Part shown: positions 39,118 through 48,501 of the stretch, piece by piece
How positions within the stretch are numbered: the first letter of the stretch is position 1
Layout: every line of letters begins with the position of its first letter
Notes under the pieces: model-generated
Told to the model about the DNA's origin: nothing
Database searches by the model: none
Seen by the model: only the letters and a program-made list of their open reading frames with translations
Source of the DNA: Nitrospirota bacterium
Lineage (GTDB): Bacteria > Nitrospirota > UBA9217
Assembly (NCBI GenBank): GCA_963751455.1
Contig: CAVVUN010000015.1
Span: forward strand, 896,001-960,000
DNA length: 64,000 nucleotides
Direction: 5' to 3'
Program-made: the position numbers and the translations under genes

Positions 39118-39226
39118 TTTTCGTTTTTTTTGTCTCCCGGCGTCCTGGCCAGTACCTTTCCTCTTCATACAATACATCCAATTTCCGTTTGTTTTGAGCA
39201 CTTCCCTGTGGTATTCTGTTTCTCGT

Positions 39227-41158
39227 ATGAAAATCGGAAAGCTCTGGAAATTTTTCGGGAACCGGACAGGCATGGCGATTCTCCTTGCCCAACTCGCGGT
39301 TGTTCTTGTCTTCGCCTATTTCTATACCGGCTACCACTCGAGTGATCAATGCGTGAAGTGCCACGCGGACACGCAGAAAATGAAGTCCCTCGGGTACCCG
39401 CAGTTCGTAATGACGCGTGCACAGGTCCAGAAAGAGGCCCGGCATCCGAATACGGAGTGCCGCGACTGCCACCTGGGAAACGGTTTGTTCGATGATCCTT
39501 CCAAAGCACATCAGGGAATGCTGAAGCTACTCGTGCTCGACAATGACCTGAACGTGATCCCGAGGAAGGGGCATCTGGACCGTCTTCTTCCGTCCGGGAC
39601 CGATCCTCTCCGGCAGATGCTCCCAAGGCGGCCCGACGGGTCTCTTGACGATGAAGTCGGTACTCTTCTATGGCATGACCGGAATAAACTTACCCTTGGC
39701 TATGACCCTCGTATCGCGGAAAAGACCTGCGGTAAATCGGGTTGCCATCCGGACCAGGTAAAACAATTCGGCACCAGCATAATGGGCTCGAATTTCCGGC
39801 AGCGCTCCATGATGATATGGAACGACGTTCACGGACCAAACAATTGAGGGCCGTCCTTTGCGGACACCCGGCCGGTCGGCAGGGCGGAAGGCGACAGGTT
39901 CTCCTTCGAAAACACGAAAAAGATTACCGAAGAATTAAATTTCACGGTCACGAACGAACAGGCAGTGGCAAAACAGAGGGCATGCAATATCTGCCATTCA
40001 GGCTGTCTCGACTGCCATTATACTCCCTCGGGCGAACGCGGCAGCCATGCGTTTACCCGGACCCCTCCCTCCGCGAACTGTACAGGCGGCGGACGAAGCA
40101 GCTTCGTGTGCCATGCCGGCACCATGGAGCGGCGGCGCGGAGACAGCTATCTGGGAAACGATTATTCGGAGCCGACAGGGCTGCCGATGGACGTCCACGT
40201 CGCCAAAAAGGTGGAATGCCTCGACTGTCACCAGACCGGTGAGGGCGGCATGGGCCATATCCAGCGAAAGGCCACATGCCAGGATTGCCACATCGAGGTC
40301 GAGCAGGCCATGGCGGCAAGCGTTCACAGAAACCTGGCGTGCGAAGCCTGCCATGTGAAGGTGCTCGGCGGATACGAAATGACATCCTGGGGCCCTGGCA
40401 CTATTTCATCCATGCCGAACCCGTTCAAGAAGTATTCATTGTATTACGGTCAGCAGGAACCACCGATATTGATCAAGGACCAGACCGGCAGGTGGATACC
40501 GACAAAGATCTGGCCGAACAGCGCAGGAGGATTTAAGGCAGCCGTTGCACCGAAGCCGGGAATTACGTTCCGATGGCCCAAGGGCGAGACCCATGACGCG
40601 TATGCGCAGCTCGGAACGTTCGATTTCCCGGGAGGGAACAACAACTATCTTGCATGGCTCCAGATAGAGCAAGTCGCCCATCCGCTTGAAAAGTCGCGCG
40701 CCTGCGGCAGCTGTCACGATTCAGCTATCCAGCTGTCCCGCGTCACCTGGCGATATTTCGATACCCAGGGGGCCGAACCGTTTACCGGAAGCCAGAAGAT
40801 CGTGGCAGACAAGGCCGGTCTTCATATCAAGGACATCAAGGCCACTTCAAGAATTACGCTCATGGAAGGCGGGAGGATAGAAAATTTTGCAGCGTGGATG
40901 AAGCTGGGAGACATATGGAAAACAAGCGGCGATTTTTCAATTCCCAAATCGGACCCGATCAAGTACCGCAAGCTGGATAGAGCTGTTCGGGATGCACTTG
41001 TGCGCCTTGATCGTATTGATAAGAACCTTAGAAAGAGAGAGGCCCGGGGCGAGGACGTGAAGAAGCTCCGGCGCAGATGGAAAGAGGCGAAGGCTGCGGC
41101 AGTTCATGAGCCGGGGGGCGTCTTGGAGGTGATGAATTACTATGACCAATTCAGGTAA
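39227..41158 (+). CDS. Membrane-anchored multiheme c-type cytochrome, probable selenoprotein (TGA at 39845-39847 = Sec207)
   Basis: Track ORFs 39194-39847 and 39965-41158 share a frame and the gap reads open (GPNN*GPSFADTRP...QAVAKQRACNICH); 8 CxxCH plus CX4CH and CX9CH. Confidence 0.85.
39851..39887 (+). promoter_or_regulatory. Putative bacterial SECIS hairpin
   Basis: ccgtcc(tt)tgc pairs with gcagggcgg, inner gac/gtc or acc/ggt stem, GG in the apical loop; starts 3 nt after the UGA. Confidence 0.65.
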
Positions 41159-41238
41159 GATTTTGATTTTAGTCTTGCGTTTTCAAGCCTTTTATATTAT
41201 GTTTTAATTAGCTTCGTAACGCGATAAGGACTGCGAAT

Positions 41239-41460
41239 ATGGGAATGGGAATGACAATTCATAAAAAAATCGTAGTAGACGAGGAAAATAAACCAGTAGA
41301 AGTCATAATCACCTACGATGAATGGAAAAAAATTGAACGGCTGCTGAAAACTGTTGAAAAAGGCCTGACACGGGAACAACTGAAAGAGTATGCAGGTGCA
41401 GTGCATATCGAGGAAGAACCATTAGAGTACCAGCGGAGGATGCGGAGTGAATGGAAATAG
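41239..41460 (+). CDS. Putative antitoxin
   Basis: VDEENKPVEVII..EW, C-terminal PLEYQRRMRSEW; overlaps the PIN gene. Confidence 0.75.
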   Translation: MGMGMTIHKKIVVDEENKPVEVIITYDEWKKIERLLKTVEKGLTREQLKEYAGAVHIEEEPLEYQRRMRSEWK

Positions 41461-41734
41461 GTTTCTGCTCGATACCAACATCCTCCTCTATATAACAGGA
41501 AAAAGATTAGATATCAGCGCTCTTCCCGCAGGAGAATTTTACAGCTCATTCGTGACCGAACTGGAAATTCTCTCCTATCCTTCACTCACCGCCCAAGAGG
41601 AAAAGCAGCTTAGGCTTTTGCTTGCCGACATACCCGTTATCGACGTTACTGCGGAAATAAAAGACCGAACAATCCATTTGCGAAAAAAATACCGCCTTAA
41701 ACTTCCCGATGCGATCATTGCATCGACTGCCTGA
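41447..41734 (+). pseudogene. PIN/VapC toxin, C-terminally truncated
   Basis: LLDTNI, SFVTELE, LKLPDAIIASTA then stop; the final T-x-D segment is missing. Confidence 0.75.
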
Positions 41735-41749
41735 TCAGGCAACTAGATC

Positions 41750-42361
41750 GTGAACACTCTCATTAAAACAATCGAAATTCTGGGCATCATCGCTTTTGCG
41801 CTTACCGGTTTCTACAAGGCGCGAAAGCTCGGGATGGACCTCATCGGCGTCTACTCCCTCGGCATGGTTACAGCTCTCGGAGGCGGGTCCCTGCGCGATG
41901 TTATCCTGAACCGGCATCCCTTGTTCTGGGTGCAGCATTACGAGTATGCGATCCTCCTTCTGGTCCTGGCGATCGTTGCAAGTCTCGTTTCCCAGGACCT
42001 GTTTCACAAAAAGAAGCTGATCATCTTCGTACTGGCCCTCGACGCCCTTGGCCTCGGTTCTTTCAGCGCTTCAGGCGCATCGCTGGCTCATCAGGCCGGA
42101 TGCCATCCCTTCATTTCGGCCCTTCTTGGAGTTGCAACAGGAGCCTTCGGCGGCGTCATGCGGGATGTCGTCTGCAACGAGATTCCGTACGTTTTCCAGA
42201 GAACGGAACTCTATGTGACCTGCTCGTTTGCCGGGGCGTGGGCCTACCTTCTCATCGTCGGGCCATCCGGCAATGAAATAATAGCAGTGGCCGCCTGCAT
42301 CGGTATAACATTCATCTTGCGAATGCTGTCTTTACAGTATAAAATCAAGCTGCCTATATGA
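41750..42361 (+). CDS. TRIC channel family (YadS/UPF0126) membrane protein
   Basis: TALGGGSLRD, DALGL, TGAFGGVMRD repeats. Confidence 0.9.
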   Translation: MNTLIKTIEILGIIAFALTGFYKARKLGMDLIGVYSLGMVTALGGGSLRDVILNRHPLFWVQHYEYAILLLVLAIVASLVSQDLFHKKKLIIFVLALDALGLGSFSASGASLAHQAGCHPFISALLGVATGAFGGVMRDVVCNEIPYVFQRTELYVTCSFAGAWAYLLIVGPSGNEIIAVAACIGITFILRMLSLQYKIKLPI

Positions 42362-42909
42362 GTGTCCTGTTTCCGAAAGCAGCAAATAGCGTCTCGAAAA
42401 CCTACGGCTGGGATGTCGATTTGTCCTGCAGTCAGTGCAAGTACGTCGGTCAGCCGCGGTATGAAGGCTGGTCGCCCAGCCTGACCACCAACACTGCGAA
42501 TGCAACCATCTATGCCAAAGTGGCCTGTTCCAAATGCGGCCGTCGATTGACCGATGAAGCAGGCAGAAAGCTGGTCGACCTGTTCACGGACGTCGAGATC
42601 TCTTCCGAAAACAGAAAGATCATAAGCAGTTTCATTACACGGTTAATTCTCGTGCCCGCAGGACTCGCGTTCATTCTTTTTTTCGGGATGCAGATGGACT
42701 GGTGGACATGGGGACTGGGAAGTATTTGGATACTTCTCGCTTCTATCGTCGCCATCCCGCTTCTCCTGTATCATAAGAACAGCCGAATTACAGTGTTGTT
42801 GGATTCCTGTGAGTGCGGAAAACCGAACTATGTTTACATGGGGTCGTTCGACGACACCCAATGCTTCCGCTGTTTTTCATGTGGAAGATTGATGAAGCTG
42901 CGGGAGTAG
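42358..42909 (+). CDS. Hypothetical membrane protein with Cys pairs (possible Zn ribbons)
   Basis: CSQC, CSKC, two TMs, CECG, CFSC. Confidence 0.7.
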   Translation: MSVLFPKAANSVSKTYGWDVDLSCSQCKYVGQPRYEGWSPSLTTNTANATIYAKVACSKCGRRLTDEAGRKLVDLFTDVEISSENRKIISSFITRLILVPAGLAFILFFGMQMDWWTWGLGSIWILLASIVAIPLLLYHKNSRITVLLDSCECGKPNYVYMGSFDDTQCFRCFSCGRLMKLRE

Positions 42910-42958
42910 CAGCAACAGGATACACGACCCGATTCATGCGGCGAGACAAGGAGATTGC

Positions 42959-43165
42959 ATGCCCTACGTAAATATTAAAATAACGAACGAAGGCGCAACA
43001 GCCGAGCAGAAAAAGCTGCTTATCCAGGGAGTTACAAAAATGCTTCAGGACATTCTGGGAAAGAACCCCCAGACTACCTGCGTGGTCATAGAAGAAGTGG
43101 AGACCGACAACTGGGGACTTGGCGGCGAAACGATTACCGAGAGGCGAAAGCGGGAAAAGAAGTAG
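42959..43165 (+). CDS. 4-oxalocrotonate tautomerase family protein
   Basis: N-terminal Pro (MPYVNIKI), EQKK.LI.GVT, NWGLGG. Confidence 0.92.
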   Translation: MPYVNIKITNEGATAEQKKLLIQGVTKMLQDILGKNPQTTCVVIEEVETDNWGLGGETITERRKREKK

Positions 43166-43178
43166 ATTCGGTAAATTA

Positions 43179-43243
43179 CGCATGCTAAAGCATGCGGCTA
43201 CCAGTTTCGAGATGAAATTGGTAGGCGCACCCTTTAGGGTGCG
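43179..43243. repeat. GTAG-family REP doublet (second unit may act as a terminator)
   Basis: Minus strand GTAGccgcatgctttagcatgcg (43179-43201) and plus strand GTAGgcgcaccctttagggtgcg (43221-43243), followed by TTTTT. Confidence 0.7.
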
Positions 43244-43276
43244 TTTTTAAGAAAATTATGCAATGAGGACTTATTG

Positions 43277-44305
43277 ATGCTTATCGTAATGCACCATTGG
43301 GCCACGGACAAGGATGTCGCATTCGTAAATAAAATTATTGCGTCAATGGGACTGAAGCCCGTTGCCATTCCCGGGGCTGAGCGAACCGCGATCGGAATCA
43401 TAGGCAACCAGGGCAGGGTAAACGACGCGCCGCTAAGGGGCATCAAGGCCATACTGGATATTATCCATGTGACCAAGCCCTACAAACTGGTGAGCCGGGA
43501 CTTTCATCCGGGAGACACGGTCGTTACGCTTGGGAAAAAAGTGAGGATCGGTGCAAAGTCTCCGATCGTGATGATCGCCGGACCCTGTGCAGTCGAGAGC
43601 AGAGGACAGCTCTTCAAGACGGCGAGTTTTCTTCAGAAGATGGGGGTTCCCGTGCTCCGGGGAGGAGCGTACAAACCGAGGACCAGCCCTCATAGTTTCC
43701 AAGGGCTTCGCGAGGCAGGACTGAAACTCCTCGACGAGGTCAGGAAGAAGACAGGGCTTCTGGTCGTTACTGAAGTGGTAAGTCCGGAGCATGTCGAGCT
43801 TGTTGCGGCGCATGTCGATATACTTCAGATCGGAGCCCGCAATATGCAGAACTTCGATCTGCTGACAGAGGTTGGAAAGATCAAAAAGCCGGTCATCCTC
43901 AAGCGAGGTCTTTCCGGCACCCTCGAAGAATGGCTCGGATCGGCCGAGTACATCCTGCTCGGCGGCAATCCGAATGTGGTTCTGTGTGAACGAGGCATCC
44001 GCACGTTCGAGACGGCAACCAGGAACACCGCGGACCTTGCGATCATCCCCCTTGTCAGGGAGAAGACGCATTTGCCCGTTATCTTCGATCCAAGCCACGC
44101 AACAGGCAAGAGAAATCTCGTGGGCCCGATGGCATTGGCATCTATTATTGCCGGTGCGCACGGAGTCATGGTCGAGGTCCATCCTGATCCCGAACGCGCC
44201 CTGTCGGACGGTCCGCAGTCGCTGCACTTTAAGGAATTCGAGAAGCTGCAGAAGCAGTTCAAAAGCTTGGAAATATTCGCCAGGCAGAAACTGGCCAACT
44301 GCTAA
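43277..44305 (+). CDS. aroF: DAHP synthase, type I-beta with N-terminal regulatory domain
   Basis: IAGPCAVES, GAYKPRTSP, QIGARNMQN, LCERGIRTFE, DPSHATG. Confidence 0.95.
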   Translation: MLIVMHHWATDKDVAFVNKIIASMGLKPVAIPGAERTAIGIIGNQGRVNDAPLRGIKAILDIIHVTKPYKLVSRDFHPGDTVVTLGKKVRIGAKSPIVMIAGPCAVESRGQLFKTASFLQKMGVPVLRGGAYKPRTSPHSFQGLREAGLKLLDEVRKKTGLLVVTEVVSPEHVELVAAHVDILQIGARNMQNFDLLTEVGKIKKPVILKRGLSGTLEEWLGSAEYILLGGNPNVVLCERGIRTFETATRNTADLAIIPLVREKTHLPVIFDPSHATGKRNLVGPMALASIIAGAHGVMVEVHPDPERALSDGPQSLHFKEFEKLQKQFKSLEIFARQKLANC

Positions 44306-44350
44306 AAAGCTTGCAATCACACGTCCCGAAAGTCGGGACACTCAGATAAA

Positions 44351-44524
44351 CCTGAAAACGGCAGTTGGACGCAGATGAACGCAGATAACCACAGATCAAA
44401 CAAAAGATTTTTAGAGAAAAAAATTCACCCGCAGGGTGACTGCTTTTACGATACAAGAACGTTTTTTTATCCGATCTTATCTGCGTTTATCCGATTTTTC
44501 TGCGTCCCAAATGCTTTTTTTAGG
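44351..44524 (+). mobile_element. Divergent relative of the CCT...AGG MITE (174 bp, no clean target duplication)
   Basis: cctgaaaacggcagttggacgcagat ... tctgcgtcccaaatgctttttttagg. Confidence 0.7.
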
Positions 44525-44571
44525 ATCGCAGTCGGGACCCGTGTTCATCTGTGGTTGCTATAAAGAAAAGT

Positions 44572-46287
44572 ATGAACAACGCCATCGAAATCATACTGAA
44601 CTCTGCCTACGAAGGAGTGATAGCCATTGACGAGAACGGACTGGTCACGCTTTTCAACCGGGCGGCGGAGCGCATCATCGGATTGACTGCATCCTCCGTC
44701 ATCGGCCGTAAAGCAATCGACGTAATTCCCAACACACGCTTGCCTATCGTTCTGTCTACCGGCGAACCGGAATTGAACCAACAGCAGAATGTCGACAGCA
44801 CTGCTATCATTACCAGTCGTTTTCCGCTTAAAGACGACGCGGGCAGAATCATCGGCGCTGCAGCGGTATTCCGTGACATTTCAGAGATCAAGTCGCTCAC
44901 CGAGCAGGTATCGAACCTTTGGACTGCACGGAACCTTCTTGAGGCCGTGATCGACGCGACGGAAGATGCGATATCCGTTGCCGATGAGCACGGAAATACG
45001 ATAATCGTCAATTCGGCTTATACCAGGATCACCGGGCTGCCGCGCGATGCGGTGGTGAACAAACCGGTGACGGTCGACATCGCAGAGGGCGAGAGCATGC
45101 ATCTCCAGATTTTGAGGACCGGCACGCCGGTCAGGAATGTCCGGATGAAAGTCGGGCCTGCAAAAAAGGAAGTCATCGTCAACGTGGCGCCGATCTTCAT
45201 TGACGGAAATATCACAGGCAGCGTAGGCACGATCCACGACATATCGGAGATCATGGCGCTGAACGAGGAACTTGCCCGGGCACGGAAGCTGATCCGGCAG
45301 CTCAAGGCAAAATACAGCTGCCATGATATCATCGGCAACAGCGCTGCCATGAAGGCCGCGAAAGAGCTGGCCCGGCGGGCAGCGGAAACACCGGCGACTG
45401 TTCTTCTTCGGGGAGAGAGCGGGACCGGCAAGGAGCTTTTTGCCCACGCGATCCACAATGCGAGCAGCAGGCGGAAGGGACAGTTCGTACGCGTGAACTG
45501 CACTGCGCTGTCCGAGGACCTGCTGGAGAGCGAGCTTTTCGGATATGTTGAAGGCGCATTTACCGGCGCATTGAAAGGCGGAAAAAAGGGACTGTTCGAG
45601 GAAGCGGACGGAGGCACAATATTCCTGGATGAAATCGGCGAAATCAGCATCGCCCTGCAGAGAAAACTGCTCAGGGTGCTCCAGGAACGTGAAATACTGC
45701 CTGTCGGAAGCACCGTGCCGGTCGCAATCGACGTGCGCGTGATTGCCGCAACCAACGCGAACCTCGAGCTGAAACTCAAGGACGGGACGTTTAAAGGAGA
45801 CCTCTATTATCGTCTGAACGTTCTTCCTATCATCATCCCTGCCCTCCGCAAGGTCAAGGAAGATATTCCTCTGCTCGTAAACCATATCATCTTCAAGCTC
45901 AACCAGGACTACGGGCGGCAGGTGGAGCGGATGAGCGACGAGGCAATAGAGGCCTTGAAGGGCTACGATTGGCCGGGAAACGTGCGTGAGCTCGAGAGCG
46001 TTATCGGGCGCGCGATAATCAGCATGAAGCCGGCCGAAAGGACCATCGAGGCGGTGCACCTGCCGCTCTTCGAGTGTGAACGGATCGGCCAGATTCTTTT
46101 AGGCGCCGCCGGAGGGCCTGTGCAACCGCTCAGCCAGGTGATCGCAGAGGCGGAAAAGGCAGCCATCGAGCGGGCTTTAAACGAAGCAAAAGGGAACAGG
46201 GAACAGGCGGCTCAGCTGCTCGGAACTGCGGTAAGGAATCTGTATTACAAAATAAGAAAATACAAGATAAAGAACGTAACGCATTGA
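44572..46287 (+). CDS. sigma54-dependent activator (two PAS, AAA+, Fis HTH; PrpR/RocR/BkdR-like)
   Basis: [38 protein letters not shown]. Confidence 0.95.
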   Translation: MNNAIEIILNSAYEGVIAIDENGLVTLFNRAAERIIGLTASSVIGRKAIDVIPNTRLPIVLSTGEPELNQQQNVDSTAIITSRFPLKDDAGRIIGAAAVFRDISEIKSLTEQVSNLWTARNLLEAVIDATEDAISVADEHGNTIIVNSAYTRITGLPRDAVVNKPVTVDIAEGESMHLQILRTGTPVRNVRMKVGPAKKEVIVNVAPIFIDGNITGSVGTIHDISEIMALNEELARARKLIRQLKAKYSCHDIIGNSAAMKAAKELARRAAETPATVLLRGESGTGKELFAHAIHNASSRRKGQFVRVNCTALSEDLLESELFGYVEGAFTGALKGGKKGLFEEADGGTIFLDEIGEISIALQRKLLRVLQEREILPVGSTVPVAIDVRVIAATNANLELKLKDGTFKGDLYYRLNVLPIIIPALRKVKEDIPLLVNHIIFKLNQDYGRQVERMSDEAIEALKGYDWPGNVRELESVIGRAIISMKPAERTIEAVHLPLFECERIGQILLGAAGGPVQPLSQVIAEAEKAAIERALNEAKGNREQAAQLLGTAVRNLYYKIRKYKIKNVTH

Positions 46288-46312
46288 AACCAACAGCGTA
46301 GTCTTCCTTAAT

Positions 46313-46828
46313 TCACGCTTTATGTAATACCTGGATCGACTTTTTATCGTCCGCAGTCTTGATAACCGACGTTGCGGTCTTTCCGGAGCTTGTTGTAGCG
46401 TAGAAATAGTAGATATTGATCCCTGCATCCGCGATGATTCGGGCTATTCTCTCCAGCGATCCAACCTTGTTCGGCGTCTCCACCAGAATGACCGAAGACT
46501 CATGAATTTCCTCAGCCCCTATTTTTTCGAGCGCCCTCTCCGCCTTGGCAAAATCGTCAACGACCAGCGTAAACGTAGCATTCCGGCGCTCACTGCTGGC
46601 CGAGTAGCCCGTGGCGGCGAGAATGTTCACGTTCTCCGCGGCAACGGCCGCGGCCACCTTTGCCGTCAATCCGATAGTGTCCTGAAAGGTTGCGGTAATC
46701 TCGATTCCGGTCTTTGCGGTAAACCCGGCGTCTCCCTTCTTTGCCGATAAAACAGGTTTGGCCGACGATTTTACCGCGACTTTCTTTGGTGTTTTTTTTG
46801 AAGCTGCTTTTTTTACTGCCTTAGCCAT
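46313..46828 (-). CDS. Tandem ACT-domain protein with Lys/Ala-rich N-terminus
   Basis: Two ACT repeats (AAENVNI, NKVGSL..ADAGINI); AGGAG RBS. Confidence 0.85.
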   Translation of the reverse strand: MAKAVKKAASKKTPKKVAVKSSAKPVLSAKKGDAGFTAKTGIEITATFQDTIGLTAKVAAAVAAENVNILAATGYSASSERRNATFTLVVDDFAKAERALEKIGAEEIHESSVILVETPNKVGSLERIARIIADAGINIYYFYATTSSGKTATSVIKTADDKKSIQVLHKA

Positions 46829-46881
46829 TGTCTTCTCTCCTTATTATGAACTCCGGAATAACGTATTTTTTGATAGTTAAT

Positions 46882-47045
46882 CCTGAAAAAAGCAGTTGGA
46901 CACGGATAAAATCTGATCAACACGGATTTATAGGAAGTTACGAACAGTAATGGATTCACCCAAAAGGCGAGATGGCTTTTTGCTCTATCACATTGTTTTG
47001 ATCCGCTGTTTCCGTGTTCATCCGTGTTCAAATGCCGTTTTTAGG
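46882..47045 (+). mobile_element. 164-bp CCT...AGG MITE, copy 2 (target duplication TTAAT)
   Basis: Identical to copy 3; TTAAT at 46877-46881 and 47046-47050. Confidence 0.92.
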
Positions 47046-47322
47046 TTAATTGATTTTGTCTTTACAAAAACGTTATGCCGGCATCAAGATGCTGGAAGTT
47101 TACTATATCTGAAGAAGGGAAAGCAAGAGGGTTCTAGCTGGAATTAACATAAAGAAACAACCTTATTTTAAACATGATCCCGTGAGAGCGATAGCTTGAA
47201 ATAAGCTGTCAGTTCAAAATGAGCCATCCATAACGAGCAGGTTCGTAAGTTCCCGCATCATACTGCATTAATAAGTCTGTCCAACACATTGAATAATCAG
47301 TCTTTCTCAAACTTTACGCATA

Positions 47323-47338
47323 TGGCACTTCTATTGCT
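47323..47338 (+). promoter_or_regulatory. sigma54 -24/-12 promoter
   Basis: TGGCACTTCTATTGCT (GG-N10-GC), about 70 nt upstream of the sigma factor gene. Confidence 0.75.
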
Positions 47339-47409
47339 TATATAGGCGTGTGCTTCAGTCTAGAAGCAAGGTTACTTTTCTAATCTATTGATAACACCGG
47401 AGGAAGAAC

Positions 47410-48390
47410 GTGAACGATTGGATGAAGCCAGTGGATGACGTAATGGTGATGGAACACTATGAGATCGAACATGAAGTCGGAGAGGATCATACCGCAGAGC
47501 GCGCTAATAATAAAGAGAGCCAATCCGACGAAGAGCTTCCGAACGCACGCGAAAAAGGTGGGAGCGTTGACTCCATCAAGTGCTATTTGAAGGAAATTCG
47601 AAGAACGCCGCTGTTGACCGTTGCAGAAGAACAGGAACTGGGCAAGAGAATTTTCGAAGGTGACTTGGAGGCCAGGACGAAGATGATAGAGTCAAACCTG
47701 CGCCTCGTCGTGGCCATAGCCAAAAAGTACGTCAACCGGGGCCTGTGTTTTTCGGATGTCATCGCCGAGGGGAATCTCGGTCTGATCCGCGCCGTTGAAA
47801 AGTTCGATTACCGGAAGGGCTTCAGGTTGAGCACTTACGCGTCCTGGTGGATCAAGCAGTATATCGAAAGGGCGTTTGTCAACCAGTTGAGCACAATTCG
47901 CCTGCCCGTCCATGTTGCGGAAATCGTACACCAGTATAAGCGAACGTTTACCCATCTTACTCATGACCTGGAGCGGGAACCGACCATCGAGGAAATTGCA
48001 TGCAAGATGGAGCTGCCTTTGGAAAAAGTTCGCCATATCTCGCAAGTCGCTCCTGAGACATTTTCGCTGGACACGATCATTGGTGACAAGGATGAAGACA
48101 CGCTCGAGGACGTGCTGAAGGACACTTCCGCGGTTCTGCCCGACACCTACTCGGAAAGCTTGCACAGGAAAGATCTTATTAATGAGTGGCTCGCCCGCCT
48201 TACCGGATCCGAACGCAGTGTGATCGAACAGCGGTTCGGACTGAATGACGAAGAACCCAAAACACTGGACTCCATCGGCAAAGTGTTCAAAATAACCCGT
48301 GAACGGGTCCGGCAGATAGAAAACAAGGCCCTGAACAAATTGAGAAACATAACAAAAGAAGAGAATATCGCCCTCGAGGTAATGCTGTAG
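47410..48390 (+). CDS. RpoS-like group 2 sigma70 factor
   Basis: Region 1.2 [34 protein letters not shown], region 4 TRERVRQIE; no region 1.1. Confidence 0.9.
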   Translation: MNDWMKPVDDVMVMEHYEIEHEVGEDHTAERANNKESQSDEELPNAREKGGSVDSIKCYLKEIRRTPLLTVAEEQELGKRIFEGDLEARTKMIESNLRLVVAIAKKYVNRGLCFSDVIAEGNLGLIRAVEKFDYRKGFRLSTYASWWIKQYIERAFVNQLSTIRLPVHVAEIVHQYKRTFTHLTHDLEREPTIEEIACKMELPLEKVRHISQVAPETFSLDTIIGDKDEDTLEDVLKDTSAVLPDTYSESLHRKDLINEWLARLTGSERSVIEQRFGLNDEEPKTLDSIGKVFKITRERVRQIENKALNKLRNITKEENIALEVML

Positions 48391-48432
48391 CGCGGAACTG
48401 GTAAGTGACAAAAAACGTGAATATGGAAGGTG

Positions 48433-48462
48433 AAGCGGCCGGTTTCCCGGCCGCTGTTTTTT
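48433..48462 (+). terminator. Rho-independent terminator
   Basis: agcggccgg-tttc-ccggccgct followed by gtttttt. Confidence 0.8.
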
Positions 48463-48501
48463 ACACTAAAAAGTAATACTTCAAGTCACGATTACGCAGA
48501 T

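Noticed and set aside
39965-41158. Independent second cytochrome gene starting at GTG 39965
   Set aside because: No RBS and no export signal of its own, and it is in frame with the upstream ORF; read-through explains it better.
41732-41746. Sec read-through of the PIN toxin TGA
   Set aside because: An in-frame TAG follows four codons later, there is no hairpin, and the downstream residues are not PIN-like.
46813-47147. Small ORFs MNTDEHG... and MDSPKRR... repeated at 49359-49678
   Set aside because: They are translations of the 164-bp MITE, not independent genes.
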